Shown: piece after piece, positions 20,539 through 30,770 of the stretch
Layout of the letters: each line of letters opens with the position of its first letter
Numbering within the stretch: the first letter of the stretch is position 1
NCBI GenBank assembly: GCA_965248445.1
Contig: CBDFJG010000004.1
Coordinates: forward strand, 1,920,001 to 1,984,000
Direction of reading: 5' to 3'
Source: Planctomycetota bacterium
GTDB lineage: Bacteria; Planctomycetota; JAJSAM01; JAJVHW01
Length of the DNA: 64,000 nt
Position numbers and translations under genes: made by a program
The notes under the pieces: model-generated
The model's input: only the letters and a program-made list of their open reading frames with translations
The model's database searches: none
What the model was told of the DNA's origin: nothing

Positions 20539-21402
20539 TCATGATCGCCGCAGCCGTCGGAGTGCCTGCGCGATAGTCTTCGCGACGACTTCTCGCTGCG
20601 AGCCCCCGCCGCCAGAAGAGATGGGTCGCAGCCGGGTCTTCACGCGGTAGCCGAGCACGCGATTGTCGTCCGGCGAAAGCGGCTCCGGGAGCGCTGCCAG
20701 GAGTTCCTCGGGTTTGAGAAACCTCACACTTCCCATCCGCTCTGCGCCAAGCTCCGACTCTGCACGCGCTCGCACCGAGCGCAGGTTGCCAGCTCTCGGG
20801 GCAATCACGACGATGTCTGTCAGCCCGGCATTCAGGCACTTCCGGATGTTGTCGACCTCGTGCGCCGCACTTGTCGTGACCGAGATCTCAACTGCGATGA
20901 CCGTCTCGCCTCGTTCGAGCAGCACGTCGACTCGACCAGCCTTCCCCACCGTCGCCTCGACGGTTGCGATGAACCCCTTGCTCTGTGCATGCTGGCAGAT
21001 CAGCGACTGCAGGTACTTGTGCTGCGGTCCACCCCGGCCGGCAGTCGCTTCCTCGCGCGGTGACTCTGGCGGAGTCGGCGGGTCCGCGAGCTCCGTGCGC
21101 TCTGGCCTCGCGACGACTGGCTGCTGGGGGTCTTTGTCTTTGGGCTCAGTCGTTCGGCGCCGGATCGCTCGAGCCGGAACCACGGCGGCGATCACCTGCT
21201 CCACGTCTACACGTTGGCTCGCGTAACGCCGGCGAGAGTTCTCCCGGACCCTCTCGCGTGTCGCCACGGCTGTCCCCTCGTCCAAGGGATCTCTGCGGTC
21301 CGTCGTAAGGTTGAAGTCATGACGCGATCGGCCAACGCGACACACCGCTTCCCCCACCCCGAGGTCCTGTAGGTCCTCCGCAGAGAACGACCTGAAGCCC
21401 TT
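20539..21402 (-). pseudogene. 3' fragment of a probable VirD4/TraD-like ATPase with a C-terminal PD-(D/E)XK-like domain, cut by IS66 A2
   Basis: DLQDLGVGEAVCRVG..FNL tail; HKYLQ...E...RVDVLL...AVEIS; ORF runs into the IS end. Confidence 0.6.
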
Positions 21403-22902
21403 GTAACCGTTCACCCCTTGACAGCGTGTGAGCCTCAGCGTGCGAGGGGCAGCGGGACCATGACGGGCGGGTCGGCGCCGGTGAGGTGCGCGGCGACCGA
21501 GTCGGCGAGGAAGTCGAAGACTTGGTCGCCACGGCGTCGCAGCGTGGCCGCGGCGGTCAACACGCGCTCGGCGAAGCGGAGTCCGCGAGCGGACTGGCTT
21601 CCGAAGGAGCCCTTGCGCCAGAGCACCGCTTTGCGGACCGCGCGCTCGGCGGCGTTGTTCGTCGGACTCACGTCCTGGGTCCGCGCATAGGTGAAGAGGG
21701 CGACCACGCGGGGGCGCAGATGGTTGGCCAGAGCCGAGTCGTCGTTCGCGATCAGTCGCTCGAGCCGTCCGCGCAGCACAGCGGCTTCGCCTTGCAGCCG
21801 GTCACGGTCGCCGTGCTCACCGAAGAGCCGGTAGCTGCGCATGACCGACTGCGCGATCATGACGCCCTTGTTGCCGAAGCGGCGATGTCCTCGCGGGCCT
21901 TCGGCCAGCGCACGGAAGGCGCGCTCGATGTGCGCCCAGCAGAGCTGGCGGCGGGCAAGTGGGTGTGACTCGTAGGCACCCATCCGGTCGCTGATCACCG
22001 TGCCACCGAAGCGCCGCCCGATCAGCCGCCCTTTCGCCTTGGCACTGCGGCGGCGATCGATCCCGAAGGCTGTGGCGTGCTCGCTCTCCGCCGCCCACAG
22101 CCAGCACACCCGGCCCCGTTCCTTCCACGACGTCTCGTCCACGTTGGCTCGCAGCGACGTGCGGACTGCCCCGAGGGCTTCGAGGTACGACGAGTGCAGA
22201 GCGTCACTGAGCCGACGCTCACAGTCGCTGATCTTGCCCAGCGACATCTTCACACCGAAAATCTCACCGAGCAGCCGCTGCGTCTCCCGCACGCTCACGC
22301 GGTACACGCCGCGCAGCGCGCCGGCAAGTGTGGTCAGCCGCGGACCGAAGGCCCCGGTCGGCACGCCATCGGGCAGGACCGCCGTCGTGACCGCACGACA
22401 GCGCCGGCACCGCGCCTTGTGCAGCCGGTGCTCCCGCACCGTGACGAGCACGCGCGGGAGCACCGTCACCTGGTGCCGGTACGGATCGCCGATGCCCTGC
22501 TCGAGATCGTCGTGTCCGCACGCGTCGCAGCGGTCGGGACGGTGGTCCTTGGTCTCATCGACGTTGGACGGATCCACCAGCTCGCGCGCCGTGCCCTCAT
22601 GGCCCGGCTGTCCGCCCTGCTTGCGACCGCTACGCGGCCTTCGGCCGCGACGGCGCTTGGACCACGCCGGGTCCGACGACGGAGGCCTCGAGCTGTTGCG
22701 GGAGTCACGCTTCAGACGCGACTCGAGCTCGTCGATGCGGCGCAGATGCTTCGCTTCGCGACGCTCCAGCTCCTCGATCCAGGCCAGAAGGCCCTCGACC
22801 ATCGCCCGCAGATCCTCGTCCTGCCGCTCGCCCACAACATCTTGATCGACCGATGGCCGAACGATCTGGATCCTGGCTCGCGACGAAGGGGTGAACGGTT
22901 AC
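21403..22902 (-). mobile_element. IS66 variant A copy 2 (transposase 21435-22835)
   Basis: Same 17-bp IRs, near-identical to A1; flanks AAGCCCTT / GCTCCGAC. Confidence 0.93.
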
Positions 22903-22938
22903 GCTCCGACGACCTTCGGCGTCGAGGAGGCTGGGCGA

Positions 22939-23535
22939 ATGTCAGAGATCGCGTCACATCGGGACGAACGTCTCGTAGAGCGTCTGCTAGCTGCTGCTTG
23001 CCGCGGTGATCGTCGAGCGGGCGCGGCACTGATCCAACACTACTCCGGGTTCGTTCTCGAAAGGGCTCGCAGGCAAGTGAGATCGAGTCTCCAGCACCGC
23101 TGTGAGCCGAGCGACATTGCTCAGTCCGTTCTCACCGATGCGCTAGAAGCGGTTCACCGCCTCGACAACCGAGGACGTCGCTCGTTCGAGGGCTGGCTTG
23201 GGAAGATCACATGCAACACGGTGGCGATGTCCCTGCGTCGTCATACCGGATCCGACGTGACTTGCCGGGTCGTCAGCGTGTCATCGGCCAACGATCTGCC
23301 AGACCCGCTGGAGACGCCGATACAGTCGGCGTTGCGCCGGGAGCGCTACGCGCACGCACGCGCTCTGCTCCTGTCTCTCGGTCCACAGGAACGTGAAGTC
23401 GTTCGTCTCCGTATCGAAGAGGATCTATCCCACCGCGAGGTCGCTATCCGACTGGGTCTCCTGTCCGAGGACGCCGCACGAAAGCGCTACATGCGCGCGA
23501 TCAAACACCTCCGCCGTCGGGCCCGCACCGGCTGA
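22939..23535 (+). CDS. ECF sigma-70 factor (planctomycete-like)
   Basis: GAGGAGG RBS; GDRRA..L, PSDIAQ, SFEGWL, region 4 REVVRLR..EDLSHREVA. Confidence 0.85.
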   Translation: MSEIASHRDERLVERLLAAACRGDRRAGAALIQHYSGFVLERARRQVRSSLQHRCEPSDIAQSVLTDALEAVHRLDNRGRRSFEGWLGKITCNTVAMSLRRHTGSDVTCRVVSVSSANDLPDPLETPIQSALRRERYAHARALLLSLGPQEREVVRLRIEEDLSHREVAIRLGLLSEDAARKRYMRAIKHLRRRARTG

Positions 23536-23595
23536 CGAGCGGGCCTCTATCGAACGCGATGTCACGAGTTGCGGTGTCAGGTTCCGGAGGTCTTC

Positions 23596-23815
23596 TCACG
23601 ATTCGGCGTTGATGTCGACACGCCAGCGGAGCGCGATCAGGACGTCTTTGCGGCTCACGTCACCGCGTCCCGCGAGGTCGGCGAGCGTGCGGGCGACGCG
23701 GAGGACGCGGACCACGCCGCGGGCGGAGAGAGCGCCGCCGGCCGCGGCGCGGGCGAGGGCGGCAGTGGCTTCGCGATCGAGGCGCGCGAAGCGCTCGAGG
23801 TCGCGGGGGCGGAGA
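23596..23815 (-). pseudogene. comM: 3' remnant of comM/YifB Mg-chelatase-like ATPase
   Basis: LSARGVVRVLRVARTLADLAG...DVLIALRWR matches the ComM C-terminal consensus. Confidence 0.8.
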
Positions 23816-24022
23816 GGATCTTCGCCCACTTGTTCGACAGCGCTCGCGTTGCGGTGTTGTGACGGACGCCTCGCGCGCGCTGGTAGTCGTAGTAGGCGCG
23901 CGCCCAAGTGCTGGCCGCGCGGCTGCAGCGCGCCACGTTGTAGAGCGCGGCCTGCAGTCCGCGGCGGCAGTGCCGCCGCGTGCTGACGTGGCCGCGCGTC
24001 TGCTCGCCCGAGCGGCGCGTGA
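23816..24022 (-). pseudogene. Internal fragment of an IS110 transposase (C-terminal domain)
   Basis: TRRSG...LQAALY...WARAYYDYQRARG..H..A.RALSNKWAKIL. Confidence 0.75.
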
Positions 24023-24149
24023 AGACGCTTCTGTCGCCCCTCCCGGAGGGCCAGAAATCGAAGTGGATACCTACAAGGGCATGGACAACAAGAAACCTCA
24101 TCCAGTTCCAGCAGACTGAGCCTATGCAGTTGTCGCACGCGGACGCGAA

Positions 24150-24300
24150 CGTTGACGCTACGACTGCTGCTCGGCCTGCCGCTACGCCAGACCGAGGGCG
24201 CGAGATCGAAGAGAGCAGGAAGTGGGGGCGCTACTCGCGTGCAACATCCTCAACAGGATGATCGGACTCGCCCGGCCCGAGTCCTACCCGATCGGCGTGT
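24150..24300 (+). pseudogene. Internally deleted IS5 (IS903-like) transposase remnant
   Basis: LPLRQTEG motif directly joined to the C-terminal ACNILNRM..L.RPESY. Confidence 0.7.
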
Positions 24301-24310
24301 CGCGATCTCC

Positions 24311-24772
24311 TCACGCACGTACTCGGCGAACAGCCTGTCCGCTGAGTCGAGCCAGGAGCAGAATGACGACAAGCTCCGCGAGGACGATCCCGTTGGCGGT
24401 GAGTGCGTCCGAGACCGTGCGGCGCTGGAAGGCCGTCAGGCAACCGCAGTCCGCGTCCGCGCCCAGCTGCATCCGCAGGAACCACAGCCACGCGCAGAAG
24501 AGCGCGACGATCGTGGCTCCGAGTGCAATCGCCCGGGTTCCGCCGAGACGTCCGAGAGCGAGCGCTGTGACGACGGCGCACTCCACGCCGGCGACCACGG
24601 AAACAAGCGCGACCCCAAGCCAGTTCGACTCGAGGGCCACGATCGCAGACTCCACCGCCGTCCTCGGGTCGAGGAGCTTCGACACGGCGCCGAGCCCCGC
24701 GATGATCGCCACCGTCCACACCCCGGCAGGAACCAGCACTCCGGTCAAGCACCGGAACGCTCTGGTGCTCAT
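24311..24772 (-). CDS. MauE/DoxX-family membrane protein
   Basis: SKLLDP, GVE, DCGCL, N in the last TM. Confidence 0.75.
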   Translation of the reverse strand: MSTRAFRCLTGVLVPAGVWTVAIIAGLGAVSKLLDPRTAVESAIVALESNWLGVALVSVVAGVECAVVTALALGRLGGTRAIALGATIVALFCAWLWFLRMQLGADADCGCLTAFQRRTVSDALTANGIVLAELVVILLLARLSGQAVRRVRA

Positions 24773-25158
24773 GGCGTGACGATCAGCGTCGCGCGCGACA
24801 TGCCATCGGGTCGCGCACGCTCCGCATCGAGACGCACCCGGGGAGTCCGCTCGTGCAGAGGGGTCGAGACCAAGAACTCCAACTGTTGGTGTGCCGCCAC
24901 GTCGATGAACTCACGAGGCCCCAGGATCCGCGCCGTGGCCGGCTCTTCGCATGAGACCGTCACGCGGTCGAAACCGTGGACTCCCGCGACGCCCATCCGG
25001 ACCAGCCAGGTTCGCTGCGAGCTCGTCTGCATGCTCGCGGGACGCACCTCACCTGTGAGCCACGCCGGGCTCCTCCAGATCGAGAGCGCGACGCGTGACG
25101 TCCCGATGGCAAACGCGGCCGCCACGAGTGCCAGGCTCGCGGACCGGGTCAACCTCAC
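24769..25158 (-). CDS. Small exported hypothetical protein
   Basis: Hydrophobic N-terminus; 4-bp overlaps with both neighbours. Confidence 0.6.
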   Translation of the reverse strand: MRLTRSASLALVAAAFAIGTSRVALSIWRSPAWLTGEVRPASMQTSSQRTWLVRMGVAGVHGFDRVTVSCEEPATARILGPREFIDVAAHQQLEFLVSTPLHERTPRVRLDAERARPDGMSRATLIVTP

Positions 25159-27305
25159 TCGCCGACTTCCACTTCAACGGCGAGCGTGGCGACGCCGCTC
25201 GGAACGTCGAAGAACGTCCTTCCGCCGACGCCGCCGCCGACGCCGACCACCGCGTACGCACCCGGGAGGAGTCGCGCCGCTGCCCGGCCCGTCTCATCGG
25301 TCCGGATCTTGGTGTTCCCACGCAGGCAGGGGCCGGAGTCGTCGCCGCGGCCGGCGACCCGAGAGACGACCAGCGGGATGCCGCCCATCGGGAGCGTCCG
25401 GCCGTCACGCTGGACCGAGAACGCCACGGACGTCGCGTCCACGCGGTCCGCATCGAATCGAGGCGCCGCCAGGACAGTCGGCTCGTCCGCCGACAGCGTG
25501 CCGACGGGAACGTAGCGCACGGTTTCGGGCCGGACGGCGATCGGCCTTCCCTCGCTCGTCTGCTCGAGCAGTCCGAACGCAATGGCGTCGATGCGCTCGT
25601 TCGCCGGGAGCCAGAAAGAGACCGACCCTTCTGCTGTCAGCTCGATCTGCTCGTAGGGATCGACCCACGCCGAGATGTCGCGCAGTCCCGCGTCGTGGAC
25701 GGCCCCCGCGTCGTCCTGCCGAATGTCTCGCACGTAGGGCCAGGCGGAGTACCGGGACACCCAGGCGCGTCGACCGCCCGGAAAGTCGGACTCCGCGAGG
25801 TCTCCGAGACTCAGCTCGATCACACGACCCGCGGGCACGTGTAGCTCGAGTTCCGTCGCCTGTGGCGAGTCTGCCGGCTGGAACTCGAGCGACGCGATCT
25901 GGATGGGGCCGATGTGCAGCTCTGCCGTGTGTCCACCCTCGTGCGTTGCGCGATGCGAGAAACGGCCAGGTCCCACGCGCTCGACGCCGCCCAGCTCGGT
26001 CATCCAGCCCTCGAGCGAGTAGGCGGGCGGGATCCAGCCGGGCACGGGCTGGACGGGGACCGTGACCTGCGCCGTGGGATCGAACGCCTCCCGCTCGTGA
26101 GACAGCCGCTGCTGATCGATCGGATGGACCTGCACGCCCGCTCCGGCGGCGATGGCGAGCGGGGCGCCCGGACCTGTCAGAGTGATGCGCACCCCGCGCC
26201 GGCGCTGGAGCACGATGCTCTCGGTGCGGGCGTCGGCGACCCGGCAGTCGAGCGCGATTGCACGCGTCACGTGCCGGGGTCCGCCGACGCCGAGGAAGAC
26301 GTGACCGGGTTGTCGCGGGAAGCGCAGCACGATCTCCCCGCTCTCGTCGAGCCGCACTACGTAGCGCGCCTCTTCGAACGCATCGTGCTCGCGCATGTTC
26401 CACTGACCGTGGCGGCCCACCTTGACGAGGGCGTCGATGACCGGGGCGCCGTCGGGGTCCACGACGCGAAGAGTCCACGTCGAGATCTCGGACGACGGCG
26501 CCACGATGTCCCCGACGTCCACGATCGGGGCCGGTGAATCGGCGAACGACCTCATCTCGCTCCACACCCCAGCGTCTCCCGTCGCGGCGATCACGAATCG
26601 GCCGGGTCTGATGCGTGTCGAGAACTGGCCGTCCGGTCCCGCGACCGCGGCGTGCTCCTGCACGGACGACTCACCGCTGCAGCAGCGTCTGGCCGGGGCA
26701 TAGCCGTCCGACGCGATCCGGATCTGCGCACCCGCGGCGGGTTCGCCCGCGTCGTTGATGACCCGGCCGCGGACCTTGAGTGATCGGCGCAGGACCAGAA
26801 CGAGAGGTGGTGCGCTACCTGCACGCCGTCTGTCCAGCGTGAGCGCGTGTCTCGAGCTCATCGTCGGGCCAGCGTCGCACCGAGCCCGGACCCAGAACGT
26901 CCTGTTCGTCTCCGCGAGTTGCAGCGTCACGCGAAAGCGTCCCGTCTCGCCCTCCGGCGCTCCGACCGCGCGGACCCGGGCTCGATCGGCATTCGCATCC
27001 AGCACTTCGACGGTGACCGCGTCGGCGGCTGCCTGACCTCCCTCTCCGCGCACGACGCCGTGCACGATGCCGGTCCACGTCGTCTGCGGACCCGGCTCCA
27101 CGTCGTCGGCCGGTGCGGTGGACTCGTCCTCGACCGGACGGGTCTTCGCACTGCGCAGCCCGCCCGCTACCTGGAGCCGCTCGTTGCCTGCCGCCGGAAC
27201 CGGCTCACCGCGGCCGCGAGCGGGCGTCCCGAAACCGAACTCGATGACCAGGAACGCGGCGATCGCGAGCAGGAGCAGTGCGACGACGATACGCCGAGTC
27301 GTCAT
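25155..27305 (-). CDS. Membrane-anchored protein with carboxypeptidase-regulatory-like beta-sandwich repeats
   Basis: N-terminal TM; repeats GRVINDAGEPAAGAQI, LRVVDPDGAPVIDA, TDETGRA..LLPGAY. Confidence 0.75.
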   Translation of the reverse strand: MTTRRIVVALLLLAIAAFLVIEFGFGTPARGRGEPVPAAGNERLQVAGGLRSAKTRPVEDESTAPADDVEPGPQTTWTGIVHGVVRGEGGQAAADAVTVEVLDANADRARVRAVGAPEGETGRFRVTLQLAETNRTFWVRARCDAGPTMSSRHALTLDRRRAGSAPPLVLVLRRSLKVRGRVINDAGEPAAGAQIRIASDGYAPARRCCSGESSVQEHAAVAGPDGQFSTRIRPGRFVIAATGDAGVWSEMRSFADSPAPIVDVGDIVAPSSEISTWTLRVVDPDGAPVIDALVKVGRHGQWNMREHDAFEEARYVVRLDESGEIVLRFPRQPGHVFLGVGGPRHVTRAIALDCRVADARTESIVLQRRRGVRITLTGPGAPLAIAAGAGVQVHPIDQQRLSHEREAFDPTAQVTVPVQPVPGWIPPAYSLEGWMTELGGVERVGPGRFSHRATHEGGHTAELHIGPIQIASLEFQPADSPQATELELHVPAGRVIELSLGDLAESDFPGGRRAWVSRYSAWPYVRDIRQDDAGAVHDAGLRDISAWVDPYEQIELTAEGSVSFWLPANERIDAIAFGLLEQTSEGRPIAVRPETVRYVPVGTLSADEPTVLAAPRFDADRVDATSVAFSVQRDGRTLPMGGIPLVVSRVAGRGDDSGPCLRGNTKIRTDETGRAAARLLPGAYAVVGVGGGVGGRTFFDVPSGVATLAVEVEVGE

Positions 27306-27471
27306 TCGTGCATCGCTCTCACGCGGCCACGCGCTCGGGCCACAGTCCGCTCCCCATCACCGGCCCGCAGTGCAGGTCGTTTTCGGCCCGGCCTCCACGT
27401 CGCGATCTCGCACCAGAGGCGAGACGGGCGTCTCACCGCGCGGCCGCTACGGACGCCATCGTCGCCGCGTA

Positions 27472-28302
27472 TCACCGGGAGAGGACCGTCGAGGAAAGGC
27501 GGGAAATCATCTGGAACTTCCAGTTGGTCACGCTGCAGTTGTCGGCGGTCGCGGCGGCGTCCGTCTTGACCTCGTACGTGACCTTTACGTCTCGTATGTC
27601 GAGGGTGCTGAAATCGGAGGTGGAATTCCGGTAGTCGGTGTCGTCCGACGGATCCGTGCCCTCGCCACCGAACGAGGCGACGCCATGCGTCGCGTTGACG
27701 GAAGTGATCGGCTGACCCGCGTTCTGGTGGGGAATCGGGTAGTTGCCCGCCGGGACGGCGGTGCCGACGGTGTGTGCATCGTACTGCTCGTATGGGTCCG
27801 AGGGGGTCGCCCAGCCGGGCTCGGAGGTCGAGTCGTCGGTCTTGGTGATGACGACCGTCGGCTGCTTGTCGGTGACCCTCACGGTCGGCGACCACCACCA
27901 CTGCCCGTCGAGCGGATTCGACTGCGATGCGGTTCCGGAGTCCATTGTGCTCGTGGTGAGATCGACCAAGATCGCGACATCCGTTGTCCCGTTCCTTACC
28001 CACTTGTGAACCAGCGTAACGGTCTCCTGCGCCATCGGGACCGAACAGAGCGGCTCGTTCACGCCGGTCCACTCAGCGCCGTTGCTGCCCTGGATGGAGA
28101 TGATCCAGTTGTACGACTTGGTATTCGACCACGCCTTCAGCAGACCGGACGAACCGGCGATGCCGCCACAGGGCACCGCGTCCTTCCCCCCGGTCACCGA
28201 GGCATACCCACTGGACGGCGGAGTCAGATTGGCCCAAGCCGGCAGTGACATAGCGAGGCCAACAAGCACCGCGCTCAACGAGACCCTTCGAGCGGACGTC
28301 AT
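27472..28302 (-). CDS. Secreted Thr/Ser-rich hypothetical protein
   Basis: AGGAG RBS; signal peptide ending PAWA. Confidence 0.75.
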   Translation of the reverse strand: MTSARRVSLSAVLVGLAMSLPAWANLTPPSSGYASVTGGKDAVPCGGIAGSSGLLKAWSNTKSYNWIISIQGSNGAEWTGVNEPLCSVPMAQETVTLVHKWVRNGTTDVAILVDLTTSTMDSGTASQSNPLDGQWWWSPTVRVTDKQPTVVITKTDDSTSEPGWATPSDPYEQYDAHTVGTAVPAGNYPIPHQNAGQPITSVNATHGVASFGGEGTDPSDDTDYRNSTSDFSTLDIRDVKVTYEVKTDAAATADNCSVTNWKFQMISRLSSTVLSR

Positions 28303-28392
28303 GGCTCAGCTCCTTGGTTTCCTGTTTACGAGGCCCCACGTATGCACGGCCGCCCGCGCGGCCGCTCTGGTTACTGGACGTACGTGTTCAGG

Positions 28393-28420
28393 TTCGACGA
28401 GTTGTAGAACTTCCAGTTCC
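28393..28420 (-). promoter_or_regulatory. Putative ECF-sigma promoter
   Basis: GGAACT-N16-GTCGAA about 90 bp upstream of the 28302 start. Confidence 0.45.
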
Positions 28421-28506
28421 GAGCAAACGACACATTTCGAGACTAGATCGTGCCCTTTCGGGCCGCCTGGGGCCATGTTGGGGCCATGTCGTCGCGGTCA
28501 TCGGCG

Positions 28507-28659
28507 TCACCTCACACCGTGGTCGAGGTGGGCATGGACGCTCATGAACCCGGCCACCAGACTCAGCACGCAAACGGCCGTGACGATGTCCGTGGTGAAC
28601 ACGAGCACCGTGAACCCAATACCGATGGACGCGATGCCGAACCACAAGAGCGCCCTCAT
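28507..28659 (-). CDS. Small 2-TM protein
   Basis: ATGA overlap with the upstream gene; hydrophobic. Confidence 0.5.
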   Translation of the reverse strand: MRALLWFGIASIGIGFTVLVFTTDIVTAVCVLSLVAGFMSVHAHLDHGVR

Positions 28660-29039
28660 TCCGTCTCTCCGAGCGCCGCGATGACGGCGTCGAGCATCGC
28701 CTCGGTCGGGGTGGCGCCAGTCGCGCCTTGCATCCCGACTCCGGGCGGCTCGGGCGTTTCGTGGTCCAGCCCGACATACCACTCGTCCGGGTGACGGCGG
28801 ATGCAGCCGAACTCCCATCCCTCCGGCAGCGCCTCGGCCAGCCGACCGACGAAGAACAGTTGCTCGGCGAGGGTGTACGACTCGTCGTCCGAGGCGGCGA
28901 ACAGCCACATGAAGCTCCCCTCTGGGCTTGACTCCTCGCCGTGTTCCATGCTCATCGACGGTCCGAGCGACGGGTCAAGGCGATACGTCACCCCCGGCAG
29001 CAGCGCCGCGACATTCTCGGCCTTCTCGCGCAGGGTCAT
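28656..29039 (-). CDS. Phage-like hypothetical protein
   Basis: ATGA coupling at both ends. Confidence 0.6.
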   Translation of the reverse strand: MTLREKAENVAALLPGVTYRLDPSLGPSMSMEHGEESSPEGSFMWLFAASDDESYTLAEQLFFVGRLAEALPEGWEFGCIRRHPDEWYVGLDHETPEPPGVGMQGATGATPTEAMLDAVIAALGETE

Positions 29040-29458
29040 CGCAGGTCCGCCGTGACGTGGTCCTGGTGCTTGCTCGCCATGTGCCGCTTCACGTTCACGA
29101 ACTCGCGCTTGCAGAACAGGCAGGCGCCAGCACCCGCTCGCGTCTTCGCGCGAGTCAGGTGGCCCTTGTAGGCGCTGGCTCGGCGCTCTTGGTGGTCTCG
29201 CTGCTCTCGGAGACGCTGTGCCCGCCGCTCGGCGTCCGCCTTCTGCTTCGTCGCGTACTCCTCCCACTCGCGGGCGCTACGCCGGGCCTTCTCCAGGTCG
29301 CTCTCGCCCGGGTAGTGCTGCGGGTGTCCCGCGGGGCAGTAGAGGTTCTTGTGGTCGCGCCTCCGCTTGCGGAGGAACTCCTCCGTGATCGCGAACACCA
29401 TCGAGCAGTCGATGCAAGTCTCGAGGGCCAGTTGGATGCCGAAGGTCTGTGTGCTCAT
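29036..29458 (-). CDS. Phage-like zinc-finger/coiled-coil protein
   Basis: CxxC...CPAGH, a coiled coil, and a C-terminal CLFC..HMASKH C2H2-like motif; AGGAG RBS. Confidence 0.7.
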   Translation of the reverse strand: MSTQTFGIQLALETCIDCSMVFAITEEFLRKRRRDHKNLYCPAGHPQHYPGESDLEKARRSAREWEEYATKQKADAERRAQRLREQRDHQERRASAYKGHLTRAKTRAGAGACLFCKREFVNVKRHMASKHQDHVTADLR

Positions 29459-29505
29459 CGGTGTCTCCTGTTCGGACGTGTAGACGGCTCCGCTACCATG
29501 CCCCC

Positions 29506-30597
29506 GTGGAACGCCGCACCTTCGGGACCGTCTACCGCCGCAAGCGGCCCGACGGGACCCCCTACGACGACTGGCGGGTCCGCTGGTCCGAGAACGGCCG
29601 CCGACGCAAACAGAGCGGGTTCAAGACCCGGAAGGCGGCCAAGACGTTCCTCATGGAGCGCGAGGCCGACATCGCGAAGGGCCGCGTCCACGCCAGCGGC
29701 GTGACCTTCGACTCCATCATCCCGCTGTTCCTGCGCGCCAAGCGGGCGACGTGCGCGCCCTCGACCATCGAACGCGAGGAGGCGTGCCTGCGGAAGATTG
29801 CCGCGATGTGGGGCAACCGCCGCATGGCCGACGTGAAGCGCGGCGATGTCCGGGGGTGGACGCAGCGCATCGCGGTGAAGCGCGGGTACGCGCCCGCCAC
29901 GGTGCGGCTCTACCTCGCCGTCCTGTCCGGCGCCTACCGGGTCGGCATCGACGCCGGGCTGCTCGAGGTCAACCCGTGCGAGCGCCTCGGCCTCCGCAAG
30001 CCGCCGCTTAAGGCCGTCCCGTTCCTGTCGCCCGCGGACCTCGAGCGCCTGTACGCCACGATGCCGCCGAGCATCCGCCCCTACGTCATCGTGCTCGGCG
30101 AGACGGGCCTGCGTCGCGGTGAGGGCGAGCAACTGGCTTGGCGCGACATCACGCACGACTTCGTGACCCTGACCGTGCGGTACGGGAAGGGCGGGAAGAC
30201 GCGCGTGGTGCCGCTCACGGCTCGCGTAGCGGATGCTCTGCGGAGTCTCTGGGCTGCGCGGGAGGCGACACCGCTCCACGGCGCGGCGCTTGTCTTCGGC
30301 TTCCTCCCGAAGCGTCGCGTCGTGTCGCGCATCTTCCACCGGGCGGCGACGGCGGCTGGGTTCCCGACACTCACGCCGCACGGGCTCCGCCACGCTTTCG
30401 CGGTCGCGCTCGTGCGTGCCGGCGTGGACCTCCCGACCATCAAGCGACTGCTCGGGCACTCGTCGCTCGCCACGACGATGCGGTACGCCGACCACGCGCC
30501 GAACGACGCGCCGACACAGGCAATCCGTGCGCTGCAACGTCACCGGAAGTCCTCCCTCTCCCAAGGCGAGACGACCGGCACCGCCTCCACTTCGTGA
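29506..30597 (+). CDS. Tyrosine recombinase/phage integrase
   Basis: TGLRRGE, K, HGLRH, LLGHSS, TMRY catalytic residues; N-terminal arm-binding-like region. Confidence 0.93.
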   Translation: MERRTFGTVYRRKRPDGTPYDDWRVRWSENGRRRKQSGFKTRKAAKTFLMEREADIAKGRVHASGVTFDSIIPLFLRAKRATCAPSTIEREEACLRKIAAMWGNRRMADVKRGDVRGWTQRIAVKRGYAPATVRLYLAVLSGAYRVGIDAGLLEVNPCERLGLRKPPLKAVPFLSPADLERLYATMPPSIRPYVIVLGETGLRRGEGEQLAWRDITHDFVTLTVRYGKGGKTRVVPLTARVADALRSLWAAREATPLHGAALVFGFLPKRRVVSRIFHRAATAAGFPTLTPHGLRHAFAVALVRAGVDLPTIKRLLGHSSLATTMRYADHAPNDAPTQAIRALQRHRKSSLSQGETTGTASTS

Positions 30598-30770
30598 CCG
30601 ACGGACTCGAGCGCTTTCTTCGTGACGTGCTCGTTCAACGCCTCTTGCGTCGTGATCCACGACTTGCCTGGCCTCCAAGCGGGGAGCGTCCCATCGGCGA
30701 AGAGTTCGCGCACCCGGCTCTCCGAGATGCTGAGCTGTGCGGCCACGTCAGGGGTGCGGAGGAGGCTCAC
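30540..30770 (-). CDS. Excisionase-like winged HTH
   Basis: LLRTPDVAAQLSISESRVRELFADGTLPAWRPGKSW; converges on and overlaps the integrase 3' end. Confidence 0.8.
   Translation of the reverse strand: MSLLRTPDVAAQLSISESRVRELFADGTLPAWRPGKSWITTQEALNEHVTKKALESVGHEVEAVPVVSPWEREDFR

Noticed and set aside
25222..25245. 12-bp tandem duplication as another footprint
   Set aside because: In frame, in a low-complexity Gly-rich tract, with no reference copy to show it is derived.
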